Source: Phoronis australis
Lineage: Eukaryota > Animalia > Phoronida
Reading direction: 5' to 3'
Length of the DNA: 64,000 nucleotides
Assembly (NCBI GenBank): GCA_002633005.1
Contig: NMRA01000051.1
Span: 871,273-935,272, forward strand
The notes under the pieces were generated by a model. It was given only the letters and a program-made list of their open reading frames with translations, was not told the origin of the DNA and ran no database searches. Both the position numbers and the translations under genes were made by a program. Positions within the stretch are counted from its first letter, which is position 1; each line of letters begins with the position of its first letter. Positions 51,916 to 64,000 of the stretch are shown here, piece after piece.

Positions 51916-52758
51916 TTATCCCAAGGATAAAGACGCAATAAATAAGCTTTTGATGTAGGCTAAGCTGGTCTCATCTTGTTCCTAACCCAGATTAGAAATA
52001 GTTTCTAGCTTACGAAGAACTGACAAAATATTATTGCTTCAGACCTATGAACCATTGGTTCCTAGTTCAGACCAAGCTTATTCAGGTCCAAACAATGACC
52101 GTTAGTTACAGCCACTGGTGCAGTACGGCCGTTTAGGGAACTTCGGGCGTTCTGCTGAAACCAATTTCAATCCAGACCATGGGTAAGAACACGGTGATGC
52201 TGACTTGGAAGGGAGTACTCCTGTGGAGACAGTGATTTTTGACACTAGAATATGGTATATATCTGCTTTGAACATTTAAAAAATAATTATTTGAGTTGTA
52301 ATGGTGGAGAACAAAACGGAACCTGTTTAACCTAGCGCGACTGGTGACTAGCAAAGCTGTCATGTGACGTCATCCCATTTAACTGTAGTTGGCCTATTCA
52401 AGGAAAGATACTGCTGTAATTACGGCCGTTCATAAATATAAACCAATCAAGGACAGCACAGCCAACAGTTACAAGACAATATTCGTGATTACAATGCTGC
52501 TAATAATTCATTATTATTGAAGGCTACATCACCCACACACGAATATGTTTTTTCCGTCGCTACCGAAGATTTCCCGTGTATGACGGACAGGTGGCATTTT
52601 CGGTGCAAAAAGACACAATGTCATTCAAATATTCACTTTGACAATGCCAATGGCGTTAAAATACTCTAATCTTCATTCACACGCATAATTTCTGGGGAAT
52701 CTCTATAAGGTGGCGGGAAACGTAAATTAGTTTGTTTGTGATTTTGATGACTATTCAA

Positions 52759-53513
52759 AGTGGCATGGAGCGCGAAAGCTCGTTAAACAATTCCTGACGC
52801 AAGTGTCATCTCGCAACGTCTACTACAGAGTTATTTACTTCCCCTGTGAGGGAATTTTAAGAAAAAAAAATGACAAAATCACGATTTTTGAAATACGCGC
52901 GAAGAAAAAACTCTGTAGTCACCACTGAGTTCCTAACCTCGCGTGCGCTCGCGGTCATTCGACAAACAGCTGACTGGCAAGATGGTTATTAACTGCTGCA
53001 GTTTATCATGTGTGATCGCACTCCGAATCTGAGGTCGACCGCACAGTATGAGGCAAGCCAGTGAAGCAAGCAATTTTCCAAAAATAATTCCAAGTGCATT
53101 TTAGAATATATTTAAATGCAACGATACCTTTATAACTAATTTCAAACAGTTAAGATATTATTTGCCTCTCAATCGGACTGACGGCTGCTTAAAGTCGACG
53201 TGGTTTTGTTTACATCAAAGGTCGAGGGTTGCATTTTCTATATCAGGGAAATGTGCTATGTCTATGTTTTTGCCATACCAAATAAAGAGACGTGTTTTGC
53301 TTTGTGGGAGAAAATCGACGAAGTGACGAGTAGTTGACAGATCGTTTTTTTGAAATTTGAAGCTTAAAGAAAAATGCTGTAACATCAACAGATATTCAAA
53401 ATCTTTACGAAGAAACCGTAAAAATACCTGGTGAGCAGGTTGAATTGTGTTTCAGTACCAGAGAAGTACTTTGAATGACATAATATGGTGTGTTTTTCGC
53501 ATTCCAGGCCTCT
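52759..53513 (+). mobile_element. Kolobok-like non-autonomous element, copy 2 (longest)
   Basis: TCAA|AGTGGCATGGAGCGCGA ... TCGCATTCCAGGCCTCT|TTAA; homologous to 16417-16965 and 27289-27669. Confidence 0.8.
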
Positions 53514-56500
53514 TTAATGTGAAACTGTAAAAAACATGCGTCCTTTACAATTTTTGGAAAGAATTTCCAATGAGTGTACATGTATATCTGGACGTATAGT
53601 TTTTTCAGAGACCCTTTCGAAAAACGTCAATAATGGGTCAGAAATTCGACGACATCTGTCATTTAACATTTCGCTGTACAATTCTATACTCTGTAGACAT
53701 ATTGTCTTGTCTAGTGTCTGCTAGATTAACCCTGATTGGTTTGAATTTTAGAACGTTCCTAAATTAAGTTACCGCCGTAATGTAATTGAGGAAAGTTCTT
53801 AAATTAAATATTACAACGTATTTTTTATCGTAGTCATTGTCCTTATTACGGCCACGTTTCTCTCTGTTTGGCCAACCATATACAATCAACTTAACCAGGT
53901 GCAATGAACTAACGTGGCTTTGGTGGTCCATTTGTTTCTGCAATCAGATCGTTGCCTGCACCACTTATTTCCGAAGTTGTTGTAGTCTCTTATTCAGATT
54001 AGAGAAGCTGGTGATCCCTGCTAACGCGAGTTGCAGCACGTTAGCGTGATTTAGCGAAACTGTGCAAGTATGACATGTGCATCAAGCAAAATATATGTAT
54101 GCGAAATAGAAAAGGCACGAGATTACTCCAGCTGCGAATGTAACGTGATCGTTCATAAAAATGTTCAGACGGTCACAAAGATCGGTCGTTGCTGTCATGG
54201 TCCATTACATTACAATCGCCAAAAGTACTGAAGTTAAGTCCTGCAACACGTTCTTGTAACAGTATTACCAAAGGTTGCTTCCAACCCTCCGATGTCGACT
54301 ACACTGCGTGAGGTCTCTTTTTTGATTTAGACAGAAAACTGTATAAAACGTGTTGTTTTTTCAAACTGTTATAAAGAGTACAAACACATCAAGCATCTTT
54401 GCTAGTCTGCTGAGCGTGTATGGTAACCATGGTAACCAAGTCTGGTCATCCCTACATTCTCAAGGTTAATTGCGTTCGTTCGAACTAAGTTGAAAAATAA
54501 AGACAATTATGACTGTGAAGTCTGTTCACACGAAATTCTATATGAATGTTGGTCAGTAAACTTGGTTTGCAAAATGTGGTCGTAATACAGTTCATTGCGG
54601 AAACCTCGCCGGAGTAGGTATCAGTCATATTCACTGCAATACCACTTACTACTAACATTCTGGGTTCTTCATTTCCTTACCCATCCTCGTGTTTAATTAA
54701 AGCGGATATAGATCGCCTTCCATCACAAAAATCAAATTGACACAAATGTTTTCCTTTATTTATTTTAATGATTAAAGTTAATATAATTTACTATTTATAT
54801 TACTATTATTATTGTTGTTAGTAATGCTGTTTTTGGTAACTAATCCTGTTTTAGACCAAATGTCATCACTTGCATCAGACTAGTGTGTGCCGTTCTGCTA
54901 GAATATCCCCACAGGAAGCATTCGAATGTCTGATATTTAAGACCTCAAATCTCGCATTACTGTATCTCGCTACATCATTCGCGTCATGCGCCATGACTTA
55001 ATTGCATCTTTGCTCATCGGAAAATGCTTCACAGACGGCTGAAAATTAGCAAACGAAAAAGTAAAATCAATACGAATTACTGAGTAAGGTATTTGTTTTT
55101 TTATAGTGGAAGCACGACAAGGTTTAATTGAAGAGATAAATTAGAGTCCCGGAGTTATGAAACCAAAATACGCTTTCAATATATATTCCGGAATTTACGT
55201 AACTTTTGATTTTACATTTAAAATATTCTTTTCGTAACCAAGCGGTCTGGTGAGATCGACGAACAAATGACCAGAATTGCATAAGGAAGCCGTTTATCTT
55301 GGTAATTTCATTAGCGTTTGCCAGTTATTATACATTAATTATTAGCTAATGGAAAACAAGAAACCATCGTGGCCGCGAAATTAGTGAATGGCGCGCCATC
55401 TCACCGCGACTTACACACAATCTGGTGACGCCTTTGAATAAAAATTAGTAGTCTACTTGTTCCTTAGTGTGGTCTGGTCGCATCTGTTTCTTCAATAACT
55501 GAATCACGGTAGACATTGTTTTAATTCTTTGAACCCGGTTGACACTGGACATGGTTTATAGTAATTGAACCAGAAAATCATCTGATCCACGACAGTAAAC
55601 AACCAATTGCCATATGAAGTAGATACTATCGGCTTTCGAGAAAAACAATTGATTTTATTTTGTATTCACTAAACGTTTTTGGTGCGGAACGGGAAGATTG
55701 ATCGAGCGGGCTGTTAGTTGTAACTGTTCTGTGCTGGTGCTTTCGTAACTTTTTTCGCCTTCGTTAAGATTACATCCAGTATCTGGGAAGTCGGAAAGGC
55801 ATTCGAGGAGAATAATGCGACTATTTAGGGAGTTCGAAACAAAACACGGGTTCGTCACAATGAAGCATCTGTATAGATTTGTTCGTTGAAGTATTCCGGT
55901 GTTACGACTGTTGTCGGCCTCGTGATTACATCTTACGTAGCCGCTAGGAAGATTAGTGAATTGAAAAACCGGCGATGTAGAAACAGTGATTTGCCAGCGA
56001 GAAAGTATCCGGTAAAAGTACATTGTCGAACTTTGTCAACGAAGGTTTTTGAGGTTTTAACATTCCTCAACGTGGTCATTTGTCATCACTCTGAAAGATT
56101 TTTAACAAGACGTATATTGAATGCTTGCGTTATGAAAAATGTGCAGTGAAGAGGCGAGGAATTCAACACTGGAAGTTTTTAGTCCTGCAGTAGATGATCG
56201 TTTTGCATGTAGCGGCCACGAAAAGTCCTCTTTAACTAATGAAGGAACTTCTGTTCCGCAGTCATGTTTAATGGCATTTGTGTACAAAATGGCCGTAGCA
56301 AATGGCGTTTGGCAAGAATTGTCTTTTCCTGAGCAAGATATCAGCAGGTGGTCAACGATTTCCGCTCCGGTGAGTTGTCTCTTTAACACTTACGTACATA
56401 TTTCCGTAAAACCAGAGTCATGTGAAAACCATCCAGGTAAAACTCTTCTGCCTTTCCAAACATGTCCCTTGAATGGAGGAAGTTACCCAAGGTGTTACAT

Positions 56501-57558
56501 CCAGCATGCTATCGACGGTGTCTTAGGAGATAAAACTAACATCGTGTTCAGTTCCATGATTTTAACACAATTTGACGAGATCTACATGTTTAATTTCACT
56601 GCGTTTATTTACGTTAGGCGAATGTATTTATCACTGTGGGTTGTTTTCCATGAAAATAAACAAAGTACCGTCAGCATAAACCAAGTGCGCCATCAGGTCA
56701 GAGTGGCCTAAATTTGCGAAGATCTCGTGATCAGCAGTTCGGAAACTCTAAAAGATAGAAAAATACGACTTCGGAAAACGTAACTAATGTTTTCCGGTAC
56801 ACACGCCAGAGGTTACATAAAGCCTTCACTGAACACCCATTCCCTTATGAACAGTAGCGATTGGCAAAAAACATATTCTTCTGCGTTCCAACGCGCGAGT
56901 GACTTTTCATTTAACAGCATTTTTCAGTCTTGTGATGTCATAACGAAATCTAGCAACCCACTAATCAATCAGATCTTACGTTTGGACAAGTGTGTACTTG
57001 AATAAGCATGAATTTGACTTAATAAACGAGTAAAACAGTGTGAACAAGTTATTTTGTAGTTTTTTAGTACACGTGGTAATGACTCAGTCTTAGCCAATCG
57101 ATGGTAACAAACATATCGTCACATGACAGAGAAGTAAATCATTTCTAAATGTTGGTATTGGCTCGGAGTAGTGCCTCGCGAGACCTGTATGTATTTCAAA
57201 AACTTAAGACTTCGGCAAAATTGAGTAGCGCTTTCCAGTCTAATATTTAATAAGAGATTATGCTCGTATGCTAATGTATTAAGCCTGGATTTCACGATCG
57301 TTTTCTAGCCAAGATTTTCTAGCAGCCAAGATGAAAACTCTTGTAAAATCTAAAATATTTGCCAGCGATTTGAATCGCTGGAAGCTGGTGAAAAATGGCA
57401 GCAAGAAAATCTCGTCAATTCTGATGACGCACACAAATGCTACTAAAGGTTGTTGTGATAAAAAAGCTAAGGTATACTGTAGCTTTTTGTCTCGCAGCGA
57501 TTCAAGCGAGAGAGAAACCCTCATGAAATCATTAATCGCCGAGAATTCAGGGCGTCCC

Positions 57559-58043
57559 CGCCAGATACTCCCTGTTCCCCGGTGCCGATGTCCTCCGGTC
57601 CTTGTCCCCATGTCCCCGGCCTTTGTTCGTTAACTCAGTGTTGATGTGTTTTGTAACGTAGAGAGTATTCAGTGGTGGCGTTTTTAAAGAGTTTAGAATT
57701 TGTACGCAAAAGTGGGCGCATTTTCAGTCTCACTGCATCAAATTCATTGTTTTAGCAATCTAAAACTTGTTGATCTTTAGCCGAAAATGAATCGCAAACT
57801 TCAGTTGCCTGCCACGTTTAATTGTTAACTCTACTTGATTCTCTATAAGCATCATTCAAGTAATCATAAGCACCCCACTTGTGATAAATATACAGGCAGT
57901 AGCCCAAACATGCGGAATAATATGCATATGTTCATTTTTTTTCTACGAAAATAATGATGTTTGAATTGAATTAACAAGCAGGGGAACATGGCGACAGGAA
58001 ATCATCGGTTGGTGAATAACGGGACGGGGGAATATAGTGGCCG
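57559..58043. mobile_element. MITE-like element with degenerate C-rich/G-rich arms
   Basis: gccagatactccctgttcccc...tgtccccatgtcccc mirrored by ggggaacatggcgaca...gggggaatatagtggc. Confidence 0.45.
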
Positions 58044-58114
58044 GCGAAGAGGGGAACTTTCCTTTGTCCCGGAGATAAGAAAGCACGTGACCTAGTTTTG
58101 AAAATCAGACACCT

Positions 58115-58243
58115 TTACGTGTCTTTCATTGATGTCGGGAAGGCGAAGAATTTCAGATCACGCATCCACGGGTATTTGTCCAGTTTATCAAACTTTTTCA
58201 CGTCGGAGTTGCAGCCCATACAGCAGTAATACTTCGTTGGCAT
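58115..58243 (-). pseudogene. THAP zinc-finger N-terminal relic (Harbinger/ISL2EU/Kolobok-type transposon 5' end)
   Basis: MPTKYYCCMGCNSD...KYPWMRDLKFFAFP...DT*RC fits the THAP C-x-C and FFxFP motifs; premature stop, then truncated. Confidence 0.6.
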
Positions 58244-59654
58244 AGGAAGGACGAAAAGCGTAATGCAACCGAGAAAAACTTGTAAAGAACCAGATAACAG
58301 CAAATAACATGTGAAACTCAGAGGCACGAAAACAAGGCAGCAAAGGTGCCTGACGGATGTTTACGGCATTGTGGGTAAATACTGCGAGATTCGAGTGTCG
58401 CTGTGTAGTAATCCGGGAATGCCCTATTCAAGACAACAATGTTTCTGGCCTGAGGGCACGTCACATTTAGCCTGTTGTTTCAGAGTCTAGCTCACACTTC
58501 TCTCACTCTCAGTTGAATCAACGTTTTAATAGAATGTCATGTTTTATGTTTGTTAGTTAATTTAGCTTGCAACCTAAGGTAAGCGAGCAATCAAAAATGA
58601 TATCAAGTTTTCGGGGACAAACTAAAATTCCCGCGGCCTCATTTAATTGTATTAAAAGCTATTCTCGTGGATTTGAACAACATTTAGGCGCAAAGAGGTT
58701 TTATGCAGATAACTGCCTTACAAATTATAGACGTTAGTTCTATGCTGAGGTCTTCCCTCTCCGTCTGATTTCGTTTTCCTAGAATTTTTAGTGGGTTGAA
58801 CTTCAAGTAGTAAACACACTGCCTTCAATGAAATCAGGTTTAAAAAAGTTGATTTTTTACTGCCATCGATCAAGTGAAGGAATTTGAACGATTTCTACAG
58901 ATTTGTCATCTTAACCGTAAGCCAAATTTTACGCAATAAGAACGGGTAAACATCTACTAATCACTTTCAATAAAAAACACGTTTATTGTCGCGGACATAT
59001 CAGGGACTACAAAAACAGGGGTCCTAGATACTGTGACGTCATAGACGTGAAGAAAACACTATTTATAGATCAACGTAAACAGAAATCTATTTGAGAAGGT
59101 AGTTGGAGTCTCATCTATGTGGCGTTAGCTTAAGAATCGACGTCATATGTTTACAATGAACTTAATATATACCAAATTACCCTAGGATCAGTTAGATCTG
59201 TGCTAATTAAGATCTGCGTACGAGCAATATCATTGTTGCGAATAGGTTGATTACGTACTAAAGTAACGAACGGTGTATGAAATACATTCTTTCCTGTATT
59301 TTCACCTGTTAAAAATACAGAAATAGTTTCATCAATCGAGAGACATAAGTAAATTGGGAACGTTTCGTAAATTACAGTCTTTCTTGTTTTTGCGGCTGGT
59401 TGTTGGTGTGTTGGGGAATTTAGTTTAGGCTCATATTGTTTCCTATGTCGTAAGAACCTGTTTTGATATAATCCAAATTGGTTAATATGTGATAACCAAG
59501 ATGTCTGCGACTGAGCAGTATTTCGTCAATAAAACCATCGTCAAGAAAATGGCTATACTCTTATTACCCAAGGGCGTAAGTTCCATTTACATAAATACGA
59601 AACATTTTTGACATGATGAATGAATCTGTTGTATTTTCTTCCGAATACATAGAA

Positions 59655-60120
59655 TGTCACGAAGCCTGTTTCAGCCTCGTTACAGGCTACACGAACAACA
59701 CGGCTAACGTAGCTACGAACGTGGCTCATCGACCTGAAAACTCGCTTCAGTGGATCATAAACTCGTGCCCGCGCTCACAAAACATGGCTTACGAGCCCTG
59801 AAAGCGCGACTCGAGGATTCACGTCCGCTTACAAATACGCCGATGAACATCGAATAGTCCGTAGGCATGTTTAACAGGTGCCGGGGCCGTATTTGCGGTC
59901 CGTGGGCCGTGTTTTCTTCGTGGTTGTGAGTCAGTCAGTAAGCCGTGCGTCTTCGGTGAGTAATCCGTGTTTTGTGAGTGCGAGTGTGTGTTCTGGAAGT
60001 GAAGCGAGTTTCTTGGTCTGTGACCTGACGTGCTCCCAAGTGAGAGCTATGTTCATAAGTGTGTGAGTTGTTCTCTTCGGGTAGTTTGTATAAAAACGAA
60101 TATTTATTACGACTGTGACA
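59655..60120. mobile_element. TGTCAC...GTGACA-bounded element with internal inverted repeats
   Basis: aaactcgcttc/gaagcgagttt, ctcacaaaaca/tgttttgtgag and caaatacg/cgtatttg pairs are nested; no TSD. Confidence 0.45.
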
Positions 60121-60684
60121 CTCAAAGCACGGCGCTTGAAAACTTGCTATTACGAAGTTTGCTAAATCGACAAGAAGGTGGGTGACGTTTTAGACATATT
60201 AATCGGGTGCCATGGCGAATGACCAATCACGTCGTTTCGTTCAACAGAACCCATCTTGTAACATTACGGCCAAACGTTTTGTTGAACAATACTTTTTAAG
60301 TCTAAAGTGGGACTGTAATTTCTAGCATGTGACAGGTCAACTTTGACTCAGTGAAATCATCTAGGGTTTAGTATCGCTATATAAGTTAACATACATTAGT
60401 CAATCTTTTGGCAGCGGACCTATTATGCCCGTGAGACACACCTGTTGGGCAACTGTCGTCGAGTCAACGGCATGAAACAGTTGATGCTGTCTTAACAATA
60501 ATGCTTGCCTAAAGCACTGCTAGCCGCAAGACCATTTTAACCCCCCCGGCCCCCTCCGACCCCCACCGACNAGATAAGCTTCGCGGCCACCAACTGATTC
60601 CACTATATGGTTATTACGAGAGTAACATCTCCGTACTCGTCGCCAGTGTCACCGCCATTAAGTATGAATTGCACGGTCGCACTC

Positions 60685-60965
60685 TCATCATCATCGTCAC
60701 CATGCCATTGTTTTCGTAACCACCACAGCCATCTCAATCACCAATGTCATCGCCACAACAGACACCATTATCATACCTGAATCATCATCATCGTCATCAT
60801 CATCATTACCGTTATCCCTATATCATTGTTATCATCATCGTCACCATCAACATCGTCCTTATCATCATTATCATCACCTTCATCATCACCACCGCCATCA
60901 TTATCGTCACCGTCATTGTCACCATGGTTTTCATCGTCATCGTCATCATCATTCTATCCACTCAG
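60685..60965. repeat. (ATC)n-rich low-complexity tract
   Basis: Degenerate ATC/GTC/ACC repeats. Confidence 0.9.
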
Positions 60966-62029
60966 CCGTCATTTACCCGCCTTCGCTACCGCTTCCATAA
61001 TCAACTCTATCATCGAGCCATTTGTAAATCCTGATTTCTGAACATTGTCGTCTGTTCCTCACTACGCCATGTTTTTGATGATTGCCTACAAATGTTCACA
61101 TCACTATTTTCGTATACTGATAAAATACCTCTATACCTCGATCGTAAGTTATCGACTAATTGTCTTTATTTCCCATTATTGTTGTTTTGAGGCTTACATG
61201 TGTACATGTCAAGTGGTAGTGATCGTTTCATTTTATATTTGTGAGACATTGGTGAACTACACGTTCTGTCAATGTTTTGGTGTTTGCGCCAACACCTGAA
61301 TCAGGTTAATGGGCAAAAGACGATGTTACAAATAGAATGAGGAAGTGTGACTGGCTTTAATTGATGAAGTTACTACCGTAAAGTGTGATTTGTTGTCAGT
61401 TTAGAAAGCTTTGGCAAAGGTTCCACGAAACTCACTGGAGTTGCGGTCAGTGGGCGTGGGTCGAAAGTACCGGCATTTGTCGTTCACTTATATCACAGAA
61501 CTCTAGCCCCGGAATGTCAACTCCTGAACGTGACCAATGTATTCTATTATTAGAGCTTGCAACCCCCACAATAGCCACGAGAGTTTGCAATGTTAATTTC
61601 CGGCTGCCTGCTCGATTGAGCTTTGATCGAAAGATGTAGTTATCAAATAAAGCCTGATTTCTTTGTTTGATTTTCATTTTGTTATTATTGTTCATCAAGC
61701 GAGACTCTTGAGGTACGATTCCATTTAATTAGCGATTTCTCGGGAAAATTAGTCAACAAACCCGGCAATTACACTGGTCATTCTTTATAAGCTCCGACCT
61801 GTGGCAAAGGGTGGATGCGGGGGGTAGTTTGACCTCTGATATCTTTTCAGCTCAAGTGGTAGAACCACTTTCGACAATCTATCGTGCCACATGCCAGGAG
61901 TTTTTCAACAAGACATTTTTGGGTGTTAAAATCATGTTACAGTATTTTACGGAAATAATTGACTTAAATGAAAAGTTTAGGCACAGGTGCTTTTACGAAA
62001 CTTTCGAAAAATTGTAACTGCTTAGGTAA

Positions 62030-62089
62030 GTGTGTGAGTGTGTGTGTGCGTGCGTGCGTGCGTGCGTGCGTGTGTGTGTGTGTTTGTGT
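62030..62089. repeat. (GT)n/(GCGT)n microsatellite
   Basis: Direct reading. Confidence 0.95.
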
Positions 62090-63084
62090 TATTACCGTTT
62101 TCAATTGTTTCTATAACAATTCATTAGTGCAATGTTGCCCAGATGCCGTTTTTTGTTATTTCGATTTCTCAGAAGTAGGCCTATTGTTATCAGTAATTAC
62201 CTATACCCGTGAAATAAAATTTCAAAAAATGAAAAGTTTACCTTGTAAAAGAACCCAATCCAGTACTTCGTGTTGCTGCCAATGTACAGTGTATTTGCCA
62301 GTTTCCCTGCTCTTGGCGGACTGTCCCACTTTTTTATTTTTTCCGTTATTCCGCCACACCATCTACATGCCCCGCGTTTTGACACACGGCCATATTGGTG
62401 TATTATCATATACTATTGAAATTTCCCACGCGACATAGCTATATTTTCCCGCTCAACAAAAAAGGAAAACGGAACCTTTCATGGGTTTATGCGGCACCCG
62501 CAATTTCCCATTCAAGTATAAAAAATAACAACGAAAAAACACTGTCGGGCATTTTGGGTGTTACATCTCCCGTTCGTCAAAAAAACGCTGTCGGTAAGTC
62601 TTTGTGTGTTGCAGTGAACATTTCACTCTTACATTTTTTCTTAGACCCATATGCCCCTCTTTTTATCCTGCAGTCTCGCTTTTCAATCCAGTTGTTCCGT
62701 TTTTTCGTTCTTGAATGTTGACCGTGACAACTATGCAACAGGTTTTCAAAATAACGCTGTCTCTTTTTATGAATATGGTTATTTTCCAGAGTCCACTTTC
62801 TTCGGCAACATAACAATCGTAAAAATGTGTTCCAATGTCTCTTGTTCAGGGTAACATGCACCTTATGTATCAGGATCACTAATTTTTACTTTCTGATGAA
62901 AAGAGTTTATTTCTAAACTTTTATGAAAAGTGCTACACTGCAACCAATGTAATGAGCTATCCACAATACACATTAAAGCTGATCAGCGAGCAACTGATAA
63001 AATGTGCAGAGACGTTATCGGTTACTATGATCTGTGTATTATCGTTGGCCGCTGGGACGACAGTGTCTCCAGAATATTATGCTT

Positions 63085-63665
63085 GTAGATTACGGGCTTT
63101 AAGAACCTTTTCACGCCCGTGTTTTACGGCCGTAAGCGTTGTATATCCAATGAGAAGTCGGGAAGTAGATCATGTGATCATGATTAACGCGTGTAAAATA
63201 CGCTCGTGTATCATGCTCGTTAAAGTACGAACTTAAAACTACGTGCGCAAAAATAAGAGCGTAAAACGTCGTGTAAGCAAATGTAATCGATAATAATTAC
63301 AAGTCCACAGTGTTAGTGAAGTGTAAACAATCGCAGTGACCGTGACCGGACGGCGTTTTTTTTAATAAATGCACGTCTTTTTGTCTAAATATTAGCGGTA
63401 AACCAATCAAATGCTACACTTAACAGCGAATTATCGAATATAACAGACTCGTCAACAGGAGGGGTTGAAAGTTGTGTTCATATCATACCATTCCCGTGAA
63501 CACTCTGCTGTCCGCCAACTTGGTGATAGTTATAACTGTAGCTGCATGACTAGACACATTACGCTCCTAGTTATTCACGTGCGTTATGAACGGTCGTTAA
63601 TTACCCTCGTACAACCTAATACGGGCGTGACAGGAAAGTGCTTTTATACCCGATTACGCTAGACA
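63085..63665. mobile_element. Degenerate relative of the 25690-26678 foldback family
   Basis: cgtgttttacg.ccg.aa.cgt..tatccaatgagaa is shared with 25872-25910; tcacgcccgt is inverted at acgggcgtga (63621). Confidence 0.5.
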
Positions 63666-63704
63666 ACCATTTTCAGCCCAGAGGCCAACGATTGTGGCTA
63701 AGCT

Positions 63705-63781
63705 ATGTCTCCAAGACGGATTCGAACCCGTGTCCTCAGTGTTCGCAGTAGAGCTTAAATCCAATGTCGCAAGTAGCTGAG
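63705..63781 (-). mobile_element. tRNA-derived SINE head or tRNA pseudogene
   Basis: Minus-strand B box GGTTCGAATCC within a T-arm-like stem (ACGG...CCGT); no intact A box or cloverleaf. Confidence 0.4.
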
Positions 63782-64000
63782 AATTTTAAGTGTACTTTAA
63801 AAACTGATAAGGTCACCGTCTTCAACGCCGTTAATTCTACTGAATGATAGGAAACCAGCGTCGGATATCGGCGATTTCCAATAAAATCTTAAAAACACTA
63901 ACAATGGATTTTGTTCCGATCAAAGCTAATAACGCAAAGGCTTACGTCCTCTCCAACAGTAATCCTCAAAAATGTGTTTTCGGTCCTAAAACTCCCTGTC

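Noticed and set aside
52112-52182. Plus-strand mini-exon PLVQYGRLGNFGRSAETNFNPDHG
   Set aside because: Weak acceptor, no phase-compatible neighbours and no homology recognised
56139-56711. 190-aa ORF as a single-exon gene
   Set aside because: No recognisable domain; contains an internal splice donor; lies in repeat-like sequence
63705-63781. Functional tRNA-Leu gene
   Set aside because: B box present, but acceptor and D stems cannot be formed
1-64000. Novel multi-gene (operon-like, viral or defence) system
   Set aside because: No intact long ORFs, gene clusters or viral hallmark genes; all recognisable coding remnants belong to known transposon classes

Overview
Repeat-rich eukaryotic draft-assembly DNA (AT-rich, one 640-N gap, three single-N joins), most likely from a marine invertebrate (inference from the transposon families). 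There is no prokaryotic content, rRNA, CRISPR array or recognisable intact host gene. The largest feature is a decayed, internally deleted AcademX-type DNA transposon (40422-44340) with ~340-bp terminal inverted repeats and a transposase C-terminus/XPG-like nuclease/CXC pseudogene. Also present: two 5'-truncated RNase H-bearing LINE copies that end in an oligo(T) tail between target-site duplications; a solo LTR with a 5-bp TSD; a TTAA-flanked Kolobok-like non-autonomous family (3 copies); about ten MITE/foldback elements; two THAP-domain relics; an L1/Tx1-like zf-RVT fragment; and many micro/minisatellites. A few exon-like segments, best at 49533-49628 (minus strand), suggest the window may be intronic to an unidentified gene. 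All calls were made by eye with no database searches. I found no convincing new multi-gene system.
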